Below, piece by piece: positions 34,339-44,416 of a stretch of 64,000 nt of DNA. The translations under genes and the position numbers were made by a program. Every line of letters starts with the position of its first letter. Within the stretch, counting starts at the first letter, position 1. The notes under the pieces were generated by a model. That model worked only from the letters and a program-made list of their open reading frames with translations. It was not told the origin of the DNA and searched no databases. The stretch lies in the IMG/VR virus record IMGVR_UViG_3300015365_000054; one strand, 5' to 3'. This stretch comes from a virus. Taxonomy: Duplodnaviria; Heunggongvirae; Uroviricota; Caudoviricetes.

Positions 34339-37338
34339 TTATTGTTCTTGTGATACCGCAACAACATCCCATCTATCATCTGTGATATTGTACATCATAC
34401 CGACATATAACACTTTACCTGCTGCACCACTCAAATTGGCAGATGTTGTTGGTAATGAAACACCAACTGCTCTATATCCTTTTGATACGCCAGTAGTCCA
34501 TGCAAGAGTACGTGCAGTTCCACCATCTCTAATTTCAAATACCATACGGGTGCCATTTTGCAGATTTGTTCCTGCTGAATTGGAATCCGCTGCAAACGTT
34601 ATAGTTCCCGATCCGGATAGAGTAAACTTTCTAGTATCTTTATGTAGTAAACTATTAAATGATGCTGTTGATGTTGGTGTGCTTGAAGTCGATCCAATTG
34701 ATAATATATTGGTTGTATTAGCGGTAAAGGATACATTCATTAATCCAACTGTTGGTGTTGGATATACACCGACATTTATACTTGGTGTATTAGCCATGTT
34801 CAAATAGACATTGGTAAAGAACACCCCATTATTACCAATTGTTATTGTGTTTGCATTTGCAGCTGTTGACAACAAAGTATTCACTATATCTATACCAGTA
34901 TTAGTTAGATATGTATTTGCGTTTGCTGTTCCGTATATGGTGAGTGATGATGCAGATGAAGTGGTTCCTATTTTAACCGGACCTGCTATGTTGGCACTTC
35001 CTGATGTGTCCAATGTACCATATAAATTAAGTGATGATGTGGATGTGCTAGTTCCTATTTGTATAGGACCTGCTAATTTGGAGCTTCCTTCTGTATTTAA
35101 TTGATACCCATCAATATATTGCATATATGATGTGCCACCATTCACCATACCGGAGTCAGGATCTCCAATAAATGTCGTTGATAGGTGAGCATATGTTAGA
35201 GTAATATACGCGTAAATATATAAATCCGTGTAGGACAGAGTTCCTTCGAAATATGCATCTGGATAACTTGGATCCGATTCGTATGGAATTCTGACAGTTT
35301 TACCGACAATATGTGATAAATCCCCATATGCCGCATTATAATCAAATTCTATCACAATATCACCACTATGAGCGCCAGGCGTGACATTTCCATATATATA
35401 AGCATATCCTGGTACACTATAACCACCAATGGTCACTCCTCCAGCACTATTACGAGTTAATCTCCCAGTATTAGTTGATAATTGATTGACTGACATATCA
35501 CCGGAACCATGAACAAATGCTGATGATATTTTCATGAATTGATAAGGACCGGAAAAACTAGGTGCATAAACTGCTGGTATTATTTGGTATATCATTTGGG
35601 GTATACTAGTAAATGGGGCAACAGAGCCAGCAGCACCACCCGCACCAGATAACCCCTGAATTCCACGTATACCCTGTGCACCAGTAGCACCTTGAGAACC
35701 AAAGCCATCCATACCCTGAGTACCATTCGCACCCTGTGCACCAGCACCAGTAGCACCTTGAGCACCAACAGTTCCCTGTGTTCCAGTTGCACCTTGTGAT
35801 GATCCTGCCATACCTTGTGAACCAGTAATACCCTGTACACTTTGTCCAATTGTACCTTGAGCACCTATGATCGATGGTGTGGCATCAACCCATTGACCAC
35901 TATCACCATCATTATAAAAAATCTTTAGTGTGCCTTGAGTCGCATCCCACCACAAATCTTGATTTGCTCTTGGTGATGATGGTGCGGTTGATGATATGGT
36001 TACATTTGCATTTCCTGATCCGCCACCACCGGATCCCGCAATACCTTGAGTACCTAGTGCACCTTGAGTGCCTAATGTACCTTGTGTTCCTAATGTACCC
36101 TGAGTACCAACAGTTCCTTGTGTACCAAGTGTACCTTGTCTTCCTAGTGTACCTTGAGTGCCTAATGAACCTTGAGTTCCGGCTGGACCTTGCGGACCTA
36201 CAATCTGTCCAGTATCAACCCATCCACTGGTTCCCCAGACATAAAGATGTCCATCAGCAGATACAATATAGGAATCACCAATAGATGCACTACCTGGTAG
36301 ATTTCCTACTGTAGCAACTGTTCCTTTTGGTGTAATACCACTTCCGATTGGTCCTTGCGCACCCACACCTACTGCACCCTGAGTACCAATTCTTCCTTGT
36401 ATACCTTGTGCACCATCAATACCTTGTAAACCAATATCACCAGTTCTGCCCTGTGTACCAAATGTTCCCTGTGATCCGGTTCTACCTTGAGCACCAGTGA
36501 GACCATCCATACCCTGAGTTCCTAATGCACCTTGAGTACCATTTGCACCCTGTGCACCAGCACCAGTAGCACCTTGTCTACCAATAGCACCTTGTGGTCC
36601 GGCAACGTTTCCGGCATCAACCCATTCAGTGCTACTCCATGTCCACAAATGTCCGGTATCAGCTGCAATCCAACCATCCCCAACCGAATTTCCGCTTACA
36701 GGAAGTCCGCTTGAATTTGGCACAGTACCTTTTAATTGCAATCCACTACCAATTGCACCCTGAACGCCTAGTGACCCCTGTACACCCTGTCTACCCAAGA
36801 CACCTTGTGTACCTATCTGACCCTGTACGCCCTGTAATCCTTGTGTACCATCAGCACCCTGTGTTCCGGTATATCCCTGAGTACCATCAAAGCCTTGAGT
36901 ACCTACACGACCCTGTGTGCCAGTTCTACCCTGTACACCCTGTATACCCATCAAACCATCTAATCCCTGAATACCATCTACACCTTGTGATCCATTATAG
37001 CCTTGTGTACCCTGTCTACCTTGAACACCCTGTCTGCCCTGCACACCTTGCATTCCCTGAATGCCCTGTGCACCATCGAATCCTTGAACACCATCAAAAC
37101 CTTGGGTTCCTTGTACTCCTTGGTTTCCTTGTGTACCTTGAATACCATAATGCCCCTGAATACTTAACCCCTGTGTACCTTGTCTACCTTGTACACCTTG
37201 TGTACCTTGAGTACCAGTTGATCCTTGAGGTCCGAAAGCTGGACCTTGCGATCCAACAGTACCCTGCAAACCTTGTGGTCCGCGAATTACTGAGTCTTTT
37301 ACGACTACTATGCTGCCCGATGTTATTGTTGTTGTCAT
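34339..37338 (-). CDS. collagen-like (Gly-X-Gln) fibre protein, 999 aa
   Basis: Long GTQ/GVQ/GAQ/GRQ runs interrupted by D.W..W....W.D.G.I.GPQG domains. Confidence 0.85.
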   Translation of the reverse strand: MTTTITSGSIVVVKDSVIRGPQGLQGTVGSQGPAFGPQGSTGTQGTQGVQGRQGTQGLSIQGHYGIQGTQGNQGVQGTQGFDGVQGFDGAQGIQGMQGVQGRQGVQGRQGTQGYNGSQGVDGIQGLDGLMGIQGVQGRTGTQGRVGTQGFDGTQGYTGTQGADGTQGLQGVQGQIGTQGVLGRQGVQGSLGVQGAIGSGLQLKGTVPNSSGLPVSGNSVGDGWIAADTGHLWTWSSTEWVDAGNVAGPQGAIGRQGATGAGAQGANGTQGALGTQGMDGLTGAQGRTGSQGTFGTQGRTGDIGLQGIDGAQGIQGRIGTQGAVGVGAQGPIGSGITPKGTVATVGNLPGSASIGDSYIVSADGHLYVWGTSGWVDTGQIVGPQGPAGTQGSLGTQGTLGRQGTLGTQGTVGTQGTLGTQGTLGTQGALGTQGIAGSGGGGSGNANVTISSTAPSSPRANQDLWWDATQGTLKIFYNDGDSGQWVDATPSIIGAQGTIGQSVQGITGSQGMAGSSQGATGTQGTVGAQGATGAGAQGANGTQGMDGFGSQGATGAQGIRGIQGLSGAGGAAGSVAPFTSIPQMIYQIIPAVYAPSFSGPYQFMKISSAFVHGSGDMSVNQLSTNTGRLTRNSAGGVTIGGYSVPGYAYIYGNVTPGAHSGDIVIEFDYNAAYGDLSHIVGKTVRIPYESDPSYPDAYFEGTLSYTDLYIYAYITLTYAHLSTTFIGDPDSGMVNGGTSYMQYIDGYQLNTEGSSKLAGPIQIGTSTSTSSLNLYGTLDTSGSANIAGPVKIGTTSSASSLTIYGTANANTYLTNTGIDIVNTLLSTAANANTITIGNNGVFFTNVYLNMANTPSINVGVYPTPTVGLMNVSFTANTTNILSIGSTSSTPTSTASFNSLLHKDTRKFTLSGSGTITFAADSNSAGTNLQNGTRMVFEIRDGGTARTLAWTTGVSKGYRAVGVSLPTTSANLSGAAGKVLYVGMMYNITDDRWDVVAVSQEQ
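35640..37281. repeat. 9-bp-period coding repeat (collagen triplets)
   Basis: Degenerate accttg/accctg-NNN arrays. Confidence 0.9.
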
Positions 37339-37721
37339 CTAGTTACTTCCCCATAAACTGCTACGTCGCCATAAAGGAGTTTTGATACTTTGTTATCACT
37401 GTCAATCAACTCCAGATCGTACACATATAATGATTTTGGTGGTTTTCCATTGGTTAAATCCACTGGAATATTTGCTGTTCTGTCCGCACTCAATTCGATT
37501 TGTAATCCGCCCGTGCTACCAGTAAATGTTATCTCGCCATTTGCGGTTGATAGTGATTCGATGATAACATCTGATCTATAATTTGATCGAAGCTGCATTC
37601 TTGCCTGAAATCCATCAATTGGCTGTGGTGTATTATTAGCATATCTAACTTCCACACCTATACCAAATGTGCTACCCTGCCATATATTAAGGTTATATTT
37701 GTTAGTTACAATTGCTGACAT
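37335..37721 (-). CDS. virion structural protein (BppU-like)
   Basis: YNLNIWQGSTF, ARMQLR, YVYDLEL...KLLYG. Confidence 0.65.
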   Translation of the reverse strand: MSAIVTNKYNLNIWQGSTFGIGVEVRYANNTPQPIDGFQARMQLRSNYRSDVIIESLSTANGEITFTGSTGGLQIELSADRTANIPVDLTNGKPPKSLYVYDLELIDSDNKVSKLLYGDVAVYGEVTR

Positions 37722-38056
37722 TATTGCTTACCTGTTTTTAAATACACCATGGCACCACTACTATTTCTGATTACAATTTTTCTATTTGGATTCTTTTTAG
37801 CATAATCACTGATATCATCATATTTATATCTATTGTACTTGGATCTTCCGTTAATATTGTTTAGATAGTAGTCATCATCAACATCAAATACCTTATTTCC
37901 GGCAAAATCACCATCTAATGGGTTCTTTCGGCGCAACATTTTTCCGGACGTAGTAATTCCTTTGCCAACTGGTGGCTGATTGTCACTGACTCCGGCGTAT
38001 CCACCAGCACCAATGCTATTTGCAACTTCTTCTCTTATTAATCTGAATGATTTCAT
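37721..38056 (-). CDS. putative capsid-internal protein
   Basis: MKSFRLIREE/VANSIGAGG. Confidence 0.6.
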   Translation of the reverse strand: MKSFRLIREEVANSIGAGGYAGVSDNQPPVGKGITTSGKMLRRKNPLDGDFAGNKVFDVDDDYYLNNINGRSKYNRYKYDDISDYAKKNPNRKIVIRNSSGAMVYLKTGKQ

Positions 38057-38443
38057 TTATATCTTTCTCAGAATCTCCACTAACTTAAAATCTACTGGTA
38101 TATCACTAGATAATATATTCGCGCCTTTTATGCCTTTCACTACATCTGGCATGGCATTTGTAAATAATAAAAAGGTTTTCAAAGCACTATAATCCTTCTT
38201 GTTTATTTTCAGGAATAGTATTCTTGTACTGCCTTCTATACCAAATACGTTCTGGGATATGATTAAATGATTCAATAGAAGCCTTTCTTTTATTGAACCA
38301 GTTAATCTATATCTTTGTAATAGTCTCTTGATATATCGTATTCTTTTATAATCTTCATTAAATTCACTCTGTATACAATTTGGGGTTTCGTAACATTTTA
38401 TTGCATATAGATTGATATTATAGTCATTCAAATCATTAAACAT
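38057..38443 (-). CDS. hypothetical protein resembling conserved T4-like phage ORFs
   Basis: YAIKCYETPNC...EFNED.KR..YIKRLL, ERLLLNHLI. Confidence 0.75.
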   Translation of the reverse strand: MFNDLNDYNINLYAIKCYETPNCIQSEFNEDYKRIRYIKRLLQRYRLTGSIKERLLLNHLIISQNVFGIEGSTRILFLKINKKDYSALKTFLLFTNAMPDVVKGIKGANILSSDIPVDFKLVEILRKI

Positions 38444-38446
38444 ATA

Positions 38447-38920
38447 TTAGTATTCGCTTGTGTCGCCACCATCATCTTCTCTACGGGCATACCACGTAGA
38501 TGGTCTTGTTGTTATTGGTTCTCTTTCATCAAAGTGCTCTCTTTTATCCATATCCATCAAAGCACCAAGTTCATCACTATTTACAATCTGTGCATATCCA
38601 TCAACATATCCATCTTCATTTGTATCGTATACAATGTATAGATGGTCATCTGATTCACCCACAACATAAACCATTTCAGAGCTTAATTGCAGGAAATTGT
38701 CAGTTGCCTTTGCGGGTAACTGGATACCATAACGCTCTAACACACCACGCATCTGAGCCAGAAATATAGGTGCATTTTGATATGGCTTTTCTGTTAACTT
38801 ATCCAATTCATCATTCAGCTTGTCCCTATTCTGGGATAGATTTCGAGCATCAATTTCAATCATTTCATCGAAATCTTCCGTGATATAATCTTTAAATTTT
38901 AGCATTCTGCTCACCCCCAC
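38447..38920 (-). CDS. acidic putative capsid-internal protein (start probably MLKFK, 38905)
   Basis: MLKFKDYITE/D. Confidence 0.6.
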   Translation of the reverse strand: MGVSRMLKFKDYITEDFDEMIEIDARNLSQNRDKLNDELDKLTEKPYQNAPIFLAQMRGVLERYGIQLPAKATDNFLQLSSEMVYVVGESDDHLYIVYDTNEDGYVDGYAQIVNSDELGALMDMDKREHFDEREPITTRPSTWYARREDDGGDTSEY

Positions 38921-40976
38921 TCACCCCAATATTAAGAGTATGATCTAATGTTGGTTCTGTATTTATTTCATTAACATTGCTCTTCTGATCTTTCTTTCCC
39001 TTACCCTTGCGCACTATAGACAAAACCTTTTCAGCTTTGCTTTTTGCATCTTCGTAGATAGAATCTTCATTGATACCACAATAATGTTTTGCTGTATTAT
39101 GAGCATCTTCTTTATCTTCATAGTGGTGACTATCTGCATGTGGATTACGTACACCATCCTTATCAAAATATTTCACAATATGATCATTCCATTCAGTATC
39201 TTTATATACAACAGCCTTTCTTCCATCTGCTCCAGTATATCCTTGAAGCTTTTTCATTGCTTCAGTTATAGGTGGTGTATTTCCATGTGTTCTTTTTGCT
39301 GCTTCATCTGCAACATCACTATCAGAATCATTTGATAATTTAGCTAAAACATCTGGTGGTGTGTTTGGATGTTGCGCAGTAAGATATCTGATATACCAAT
39401 CAGAATCATCACCTAATGTACGTAGATGATCTTCATTGGCATCTGGATGTGCAGCTGCTTTAGCCCTAACATTCCATGATTTATCATTAACATCCATATC
39501 CAAATCTTTATTTGCAACAACTGGAACATCTGTTGTAGGAACATTACCAACAACTCTATCGTGTGCTCTTCCAAGATCAGTTACATTTTTGTTGAATTGA
39601 TCTGGTGTCACTGGTTCATCATTGTGAGCAATTTGACCCACTTTTGCTTGTGTGTATCTACGTGCCAAATCTTGACTGATTTCTTGTAGAGTTTTTGCCT
39701 GTTCTTTTATGTGTTTGATTGGTAGCTTACCATGACCCACTGTTTCTAGGTCATCACGAGTTACTCTACCACCACTTACTTTCTTTAATTGTTGAATGGC
39801 AGCAGTATCAACTTCACCTAGATGAGTTTTCATTGCATTCATTACATCAGAGATCGTGAATTCAACAAGATTCTCTGATGATTCTTGCATGCTTGGTCTC
39901 TTATTGTAATATCTGTTTGTATACCAATCAGGAAGATGGTACTTACCCAAAGTCCTTGTCAACATTCTATTGCGGAAGCCTAATACGGTCTGTGCATCAT
40001 TTACTTGATCTAGATACTTTGATTCTGCTGATTCATTTCCAGCATCTTTCATTGCTCTAGCTGCTTCTGCTGCATCTTTACTGATATATCGCAATTCTTC
40101 ATTGGATTTATTGTGATATGGATGTCCTTCTAATGGATGGCGTGTTGTGTCGTCAGCACTTTCTCCAAGTTTATAGAATGGATAATCACCAACTTTTGTT
40201 AGGTGCTTATCTAATTGATGCCAGCCCGGTTGCTTTGCTCCATTCATATCCCTTAGTGTGGCAATTAATTTATCACCAAATTTAGATGACATGATATGAT
40301 CTACCATGTATGGAGTAGTGTTGTCGTAACCCGCAAGGGAGCTAGTAACAGCATCACCGTGTTTGATTGTTTTTAATTCAGGATCACCATCACCCCATGT
40401 ACGTCTAGCAAGATCCAATTCCTGCTCTGGCGTTAACATATTATTACCAATTTGATCTGGTTGAATTCTGTTTTTTACTGGTGGATTAACTTTACCATCA
40501 GCAACATCACCAAATGTAGGTTCGTATGGCTGGTTATACCAAAATCCTTCTTTATTAAGTCTCTGTGCTGCTAATGTTCCTGCTTGTGGACTTGGTTTGT
40601 TATCTTTAGAAAATTTATCAATTTCTTTTCTGGCTTTTGCTCTGGCAATTATACCTCTAATATCAGCTGGTAACTTTTTAGCACCACCATCCGTTTTATC
40701 TGCGCATGTATCCATGGAATCACCAGCTTCTTCTGTTACTGGTGTGTCATTTTGAACAGAAATTGTTTCACTTGGTGCTTCTATAGAAGCATCTTCTTGC
40801 ATGATTGTTGCAGATTGCACATTATAGCCAAGATTTTTGAATTGCTTTGATGCACGATTTATTGCTTCTTCGGCACTAGAAGCCTCAACGATGTGACTTT
40901 TTACATGTACACGATTACGCAATGATACGTGTTCGTGGCTTGGAATGGTTACATTTAATTGTACTACGTGTTTCAT
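38892..40976 (-). CDS. large modular putative internal head protein with LRV/HEAT-like repeats
   Basis: Repeated hydrophobic-X-E sites; HPNTPPDVLAKLSNDSDSDVADEA. Confidence 0.6.
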   Translation of the reverse strand: MKHVVQLNVTIPSHEHVSLRNRVHVKSHIVEASSAEEAINRASKQFKNLGYNVQSATIMQEDASIEAPSETISVQNDTPVTEEAGDSMDTCADKTDGGAKKLPADIRGIIARAKARKEIDKFSKDNKPSPQAGTLAAQRLNKEGFWYNQPYEPTFGDVADGKVNPPVKNRIQPDQIGNNMLTPEQELDLARRTWGDGDPELKTIKHGDAVTSSLAGYDNTTPYMVDHIMSSKFGDKLIATLRDMNGAKQPGWHQLDKHLTKVGDYPFYKLGESADDTTRHPLEGHPYHNKSNEELRYISKDAAEAARAMKDAGNESAESKYLDQVNDAQTVLGFRNRMLTRTLGKYHLPDWYTNRYYNKRPSMQESSENLVEFTISDVMNAMKTHLGEVDTAAIQQLKKVSGGRVTRDDLETVGHGKLPIKHIKEQAKTLQEISQDLARRYTQAKVGQIAHNDEPVTPDQFNKNVTDLGRAHDRVVGNVPTTDVPVVANKDLDMDVNDKSWNVRAKAAAHPDANEDHLRTLGDDSDWYIRYLTAQHPNTPPDVLAKLSNDSDSDVADEAAKRTHGNTPPITEAMKKLQGYTGADGRKAVVYKDTEWNDHIVKYFDKDGVRNPHADSHHYEDKEDAHNTAKHYCGINEDSIYEDAKSKAEKVLSIVRKGKGKKDQKSNVNEINTEPTLDHTLNIGVSGGEQNAKI

Positions 40977-41849
40977 TTAATTACCTGCTTTCATTTTTGC
41001 GGCTATTGCCATTTTTATACGATCTTCTTTGCCCTTTCCTTTGAATTGGGGAGCATCCGAATGTTCAAAATCATTTATAACCTGCTTCATGGTAGATTTG
41101 GTTATATTCATTTTCTCATTGATCTTATCTCTCATCTTTGATTTGGCTAATTTATCCATTGCCAAATCAAGATTTTTTTCTCTTTTATTTGTTCTACTGT
41201 TTGATTCGGCTTTGTTGTAGATGTCTCCCTTCTTGCCGGAATTAAAGCTCTGTGAGCTAAAATTCTGCACTTGATCTTCTACATTAGCCTTTATATAGCT
41301 CTTTAAAGTTTGATCACTAACTTCATCCAATTGATGCTCTTCATGCGCAGTCACACTCATGAGCTTTTTGTTTGCTTCCTTTCTTACTATCCTATCCGGA
41401 TCATTTGCTAACTTAACCAATGTATCCATTGATGTGTTTGGGTGCCTAACCACATTAAAGCGTATGCCAGCATGACTATCATTGGATAGTTGCTCCAATT
41501 GTTCGTGAGATGCACTTGGATGTGTTGCTACCATTTCACGATCAAAGTATTTTGGGGAATTTATTGCAGTATTCAATACTGCACTACCATAAGAAGATTC
41601 TTGTACAGGTTCATCTTTTTTTGCTTTTGTGGTGACTGTTCCCCAATTGGGGTATTTGTCCTGTAATTTCTTAGCAATTCTATCATGAGCAGCTATTGCA
41701 CCTTTATTAGTGCTTGCTTTATGTTTATCTGTCCCAGTATGAAGAACATTCCCTTCTCTATCTAAAACTTCGACATCGACCAATGGTGCTTCTTGCACTA
41801 ATGAAGATTTGTTTTTTGCTGCTGATATTATTGTTTTGATTATAGACAT
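40977..41849 (-). CDS. modular putative internal head protein with LRV/HEAT-like repeats
   Basis: HPNTSMDTLVKLANDPDRIVR, LDEVSDQTLKSY, SDAPQFKGK.KEDR.KMAIAA. Confidence 0.6.
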   Translation of the reverse strand: MSIIKTIISAAKNKSSLVQEAPLVDVEVLDREGNVLHTGTDKHKASTNKGAIAAHDRIAKKLQDKYPNWGTVTTKAKKDEPVQESSYGSAVLNTAINSPKYFDREMVATHPSASHEQLEQLSNDSHAGIRFNVVRHPNTSMDTLVKLANDPDRIVRKEANKKLMSVTAHEEHQLDEVSDQTLKSYIKANVEDQVQNFSSQSFNSGKKGDIYNKAESNSRTNKREKNLDLAMDKLAKSKMRDKINEKMNITKSTMKQVINDFEHSDAPQFKGKGKEDRIKMAIAAKMKAGN

Positions 41850-41855
41850 TCTAGC

Positions 41856-42392
41856 TTATCCTAAAGATGATGTTAATTGCCAAGCGAGTTTCTTATGATA
41901 ATTAAATTGATCTTGCAGATAATTAGCCAGACCAACTTGATTTGCTGCTTCTGCCATTTTCTGTGCGGCAAGCAAACCACCTAAGATCTTTTGGTTGTCT
42001 GATGATAGTGCCATAAGCATTTCTTCTATGGACAAATCCTTATCATTTTCCATTAATGTTGTATTGTGTATCATATCTGTTATGGAGCGTGGTGCTGGTG
42101 ATCCAAGCATACGTATGTGTTCAGCTAATGTGTCTACACTATCAAATACGGTTTCATATATATCCCCAAAAAATGCATGGTATTGGGAAAAGCCCAATCC
42201 ACGAACATTCCAGTGAAATGCATGGGATTTAAAATAAAAGACAAAAGTATCAGCTAAAACTTGCTCCATTGTGTGCACAAGATCCATTGCTGTCTCTGCA
42301 TCAACAATACTTTCAGCTTCTTTGATGAACTTTTTGATATTATCTTTCATTTTATGACTCCGTGACACCAGATTATTTATATTTTTCATCAA
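41856..42392 (-). CDS. dps: Dps-family ferritin-like protein (start probably 42350)
   Basis: LADTFVFYFKSHAFHWNVRG..FSQYH.FF..IYE...D..AEHIR. Confidence 0.9.
   Translation of the reverse strand: MMKNINNLVSRSHKMKDNIKKFIKEAESIVDAETAMDLVHTMEQVLADTFVFYFKSHAFHWNVRGLGFSQYHAFFGDIYETVFDSVDTLAEHIRMLGSPAPRSITDMIHNTTLMENDKDLSIEEMLMALSSDNQKILGGLLAAQKMAEAANQVGLANYLQDQFNYHKKLAWQLTSSLG
42374..42381 (-). promoter_or_regulatory. T4-type late promoter upstream of dps
   Basis: TATAAATA 24 nt before ATG 42350. Confidence 0.65.
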
Positions 42393-43699
42393 TTAGCAAA
42401 TGGTGCAGATGTCACCAATGGCATCCCTAAATCCCCAGCAAAATTTGCTGGTCTAGTTGTGCTGGATGGTCTGTTGGTGTTAATTTCTGGGTTTGGATTG
42501 ATTGTGCTTTGTTCACGTTCTATATTTTTTCTGATTTTTCTTAATGATTTTTTAGATGATTCTGTCTGTAAATTATTACAGGATGAGCAATTGCCCCCTG
42601 TCATAACTGCGCCACATTCAGGACACATTGCGTCTTGAATGTTTTGAACCTGACCCGGTGTCATAGCTATAGCGTGTTCTCTATATGAATCTGTACCAAT
42701 TAATTGCATCTCATTGACAGTTAGGGATAGGTTTGATCCGTGATATTGCTGTGTTGATCCATTAGGGAATTTTATTGTGTGGTTTGTGGATGTATTATCA
42801 GATGCCACAACTTTACCCACATGACCACTATTTACAACTGAACCAACAACTTGCACTGGAGTACCTATTGCAATGTGTCTTTTTTCAAGATCACCTTTGA
42901 TATCTTCCTGTACGGCTAGTGTTGCATTATTCAATTCGGCATTTCTTTTATTATAGAGTCTGGCTCTTTGTATCTTTGTGATACCACCGCTTCTTGGTAA
43001 ATGCTTCACCACACCAGTGAATGGGTCAATTGCCTCATTCTGCTGTTTTTTGAAGAACTGCACCTGACGCTCACGTTTCTTTGCTCCAGAAAGAGTATTA
43101 TATGTACCCAGATTTTTACCTGTTGATTTTGAAACTAAACGATATTCATCACCAACTTTTACTATATGTTCTTGTATATTTTCTCTTATTTTATTAAAAG
43201 TCTTCAGCTCTGGAGTGCTGTGCATGGTCATCCCAAGATCAATAACTCTTTCCAAGAGCTTTTCTATCTGTTTGGTAAATATTATCTTTTCTAAATCCGT
43301 GGATTCTTTGAGGTTTATTGAATTGTTGAAAACAAAAATATTATTGTCTTCAGATAGCATCTTTTCTGCCTTCAGAAACCTATCAATTCTTTTACTTTCT
43401 TTTATTGGACTTCTTAGTTCAGCATTCCTTTCTCTGCTGATTTTATTGGTGACTGATACGAAAATGGTATCAAATGTGTATCCTTCCATGATACTCTTGG
43501 CTAGAAAGATCTTCTCTGAATCCCCGCCAGTGACAACTAGATTTTTGCGTTGTTCTATTAGGTTTGTAGCTGTTCCGGTAAGCACTTGGTCAATTTGAAC
43601 TTCAACCAAATCGAATCTGGATAATATATTCTTTAAAACATAGTCCTTTCCGCTACCAGGAACACCAGTCAAAAATATACCAATAGATTGTTTCTGCAT
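42389..43699 (-). CDS. P-loop kinase-like domain fused to small modules
   Basis: FLTGVPGSGKD; IVKVGDEYRLVSKSTGKNLGTY...AKKRERQVQFFK; C..C...CSSC; CTAAATA at 43734-43740. Confidence 0.6.
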   Translation of the reverse strand: MQKQSIGIFLTGVPGSGKDYVLKNILSRFDLVEVQIDQVLTGTATNLIEQRKNLVVTGGDSEKIFLAKSIMEGYTFDTIFVSVTNKISRERNAELRSPIKESKRIDRFLKAEKMLSEDNNIFVFNNSINLKESTDLEKIIFTKQIEKLLERVIDLGMTMHSTPELKTFNKIRENIQEHIVKVGDEYRLVSKSTGKNLGTYNTLSGAKKRERQVQFFKKQQNEAIDPFTGVVKHLPRSGGITKIQRARLYNKRNAELNNATLAVQEDIKGDLEKRHIAIGTPVQVVGSVVNSGHVGKVVASDNTSTNHTIKFPNGSTQQYHGSNLSLTVNEMQLIGTDSYREHAIAMTPGQVQNIQDAMCPECGAVMTGGNCSSCNNLQTESSKKSLRKIRKNIEREQSTINPNPEINTNRPSSTTRPANFAGDLGMPLVTSAPFAN

Positions 43700-43753
43700 A
43701 CCTCAAGCTCCACTCTGTGGGAATTGTTTAATCTATTTAGTATTTTTAAACAC

Positions 43754-44416
43754 TTAGGTATGTATTTTGTGTATTTTATCAAGACTCATGTTAGATTTAT
43801 TTAATTCTGCTACTCGCATGGCAGCAACGAATCTATAATAGTATGGCTTCTCTGACCCATATCGTTTGATTCTGAATCTGGCTACTACGTCTTTTGGGGA
43901 AAATTTGGATGCTCCGATACCAGCAATATCCTCTCCCATATAATACAATCCATAATTTTTTATCTGTATGTAAAATATCCCATTTGCGTTATAATATTCG
44001 GTTATTGTTGATGGCTTCAATGGTACAGTAAAACTCCTAAATGTTCTATAATCCTCCACACCATGTTCTTCGGTGAATGTATCTGGTGGTACGGAGAATT
44101 TATTGGGTGTCTTTCCTGTCCAATATTGGTTTATCCTTTCCAGTATTGACTGGTTGGATAGTAAGCTTTTCATGTATTTGGACGAATCATTTTTATCTGA
44201 CCCACCAATAAACCAAGCTTTGTTATTTGTATCATATGACACTGTGCCTTGACCAAAGTCACTTCGCAACCCCAACTTTATTTCCAATTTATAGTTGATC
44301 TTCTTATGTGTGAACTCAGAATCATAATCCTTTGGGGTGAAGTTTTCTGACTGTAACCCATACATTTTCATCGCATCATTAATGTACTTCTCGTACACGA
44401 TGCCATTATTCGACAT
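43754..44416 (-). CDS. possible PD-(D/E)xK nuclease-like protein
   Basis: D...LEIK....DFGQ; YIQI..YGLYYMG.DI. Confidence 0.5.
   Translation of the reverse strand: MSNNGIVYEKYINDAMKMYGLQSENFTPKDYDSEFTHKKINYKLEIKLGLRSDFGQGTVSYDTNNKAWFIGGSDKNDSSKYMKSLLSNQSILERINQYWTGKTPNKFSVPPDTFTEEHGVEDYRTFRSFTVPLKPSTITEYYNANGIFYIQIKNYGLYYMGEDIAGIGASKFSPKDVVARFRIKRYGSEKPYYYRFVAAMRVAELNKSNMSLDKIHKIHT

Noticed and set aside
36594-37385. 263-aa plus-strand ORF rich in His/Leu/Val/Tyr
   Set aside because: Artefact of the 9-bp collagen periodicity on the opposite strand
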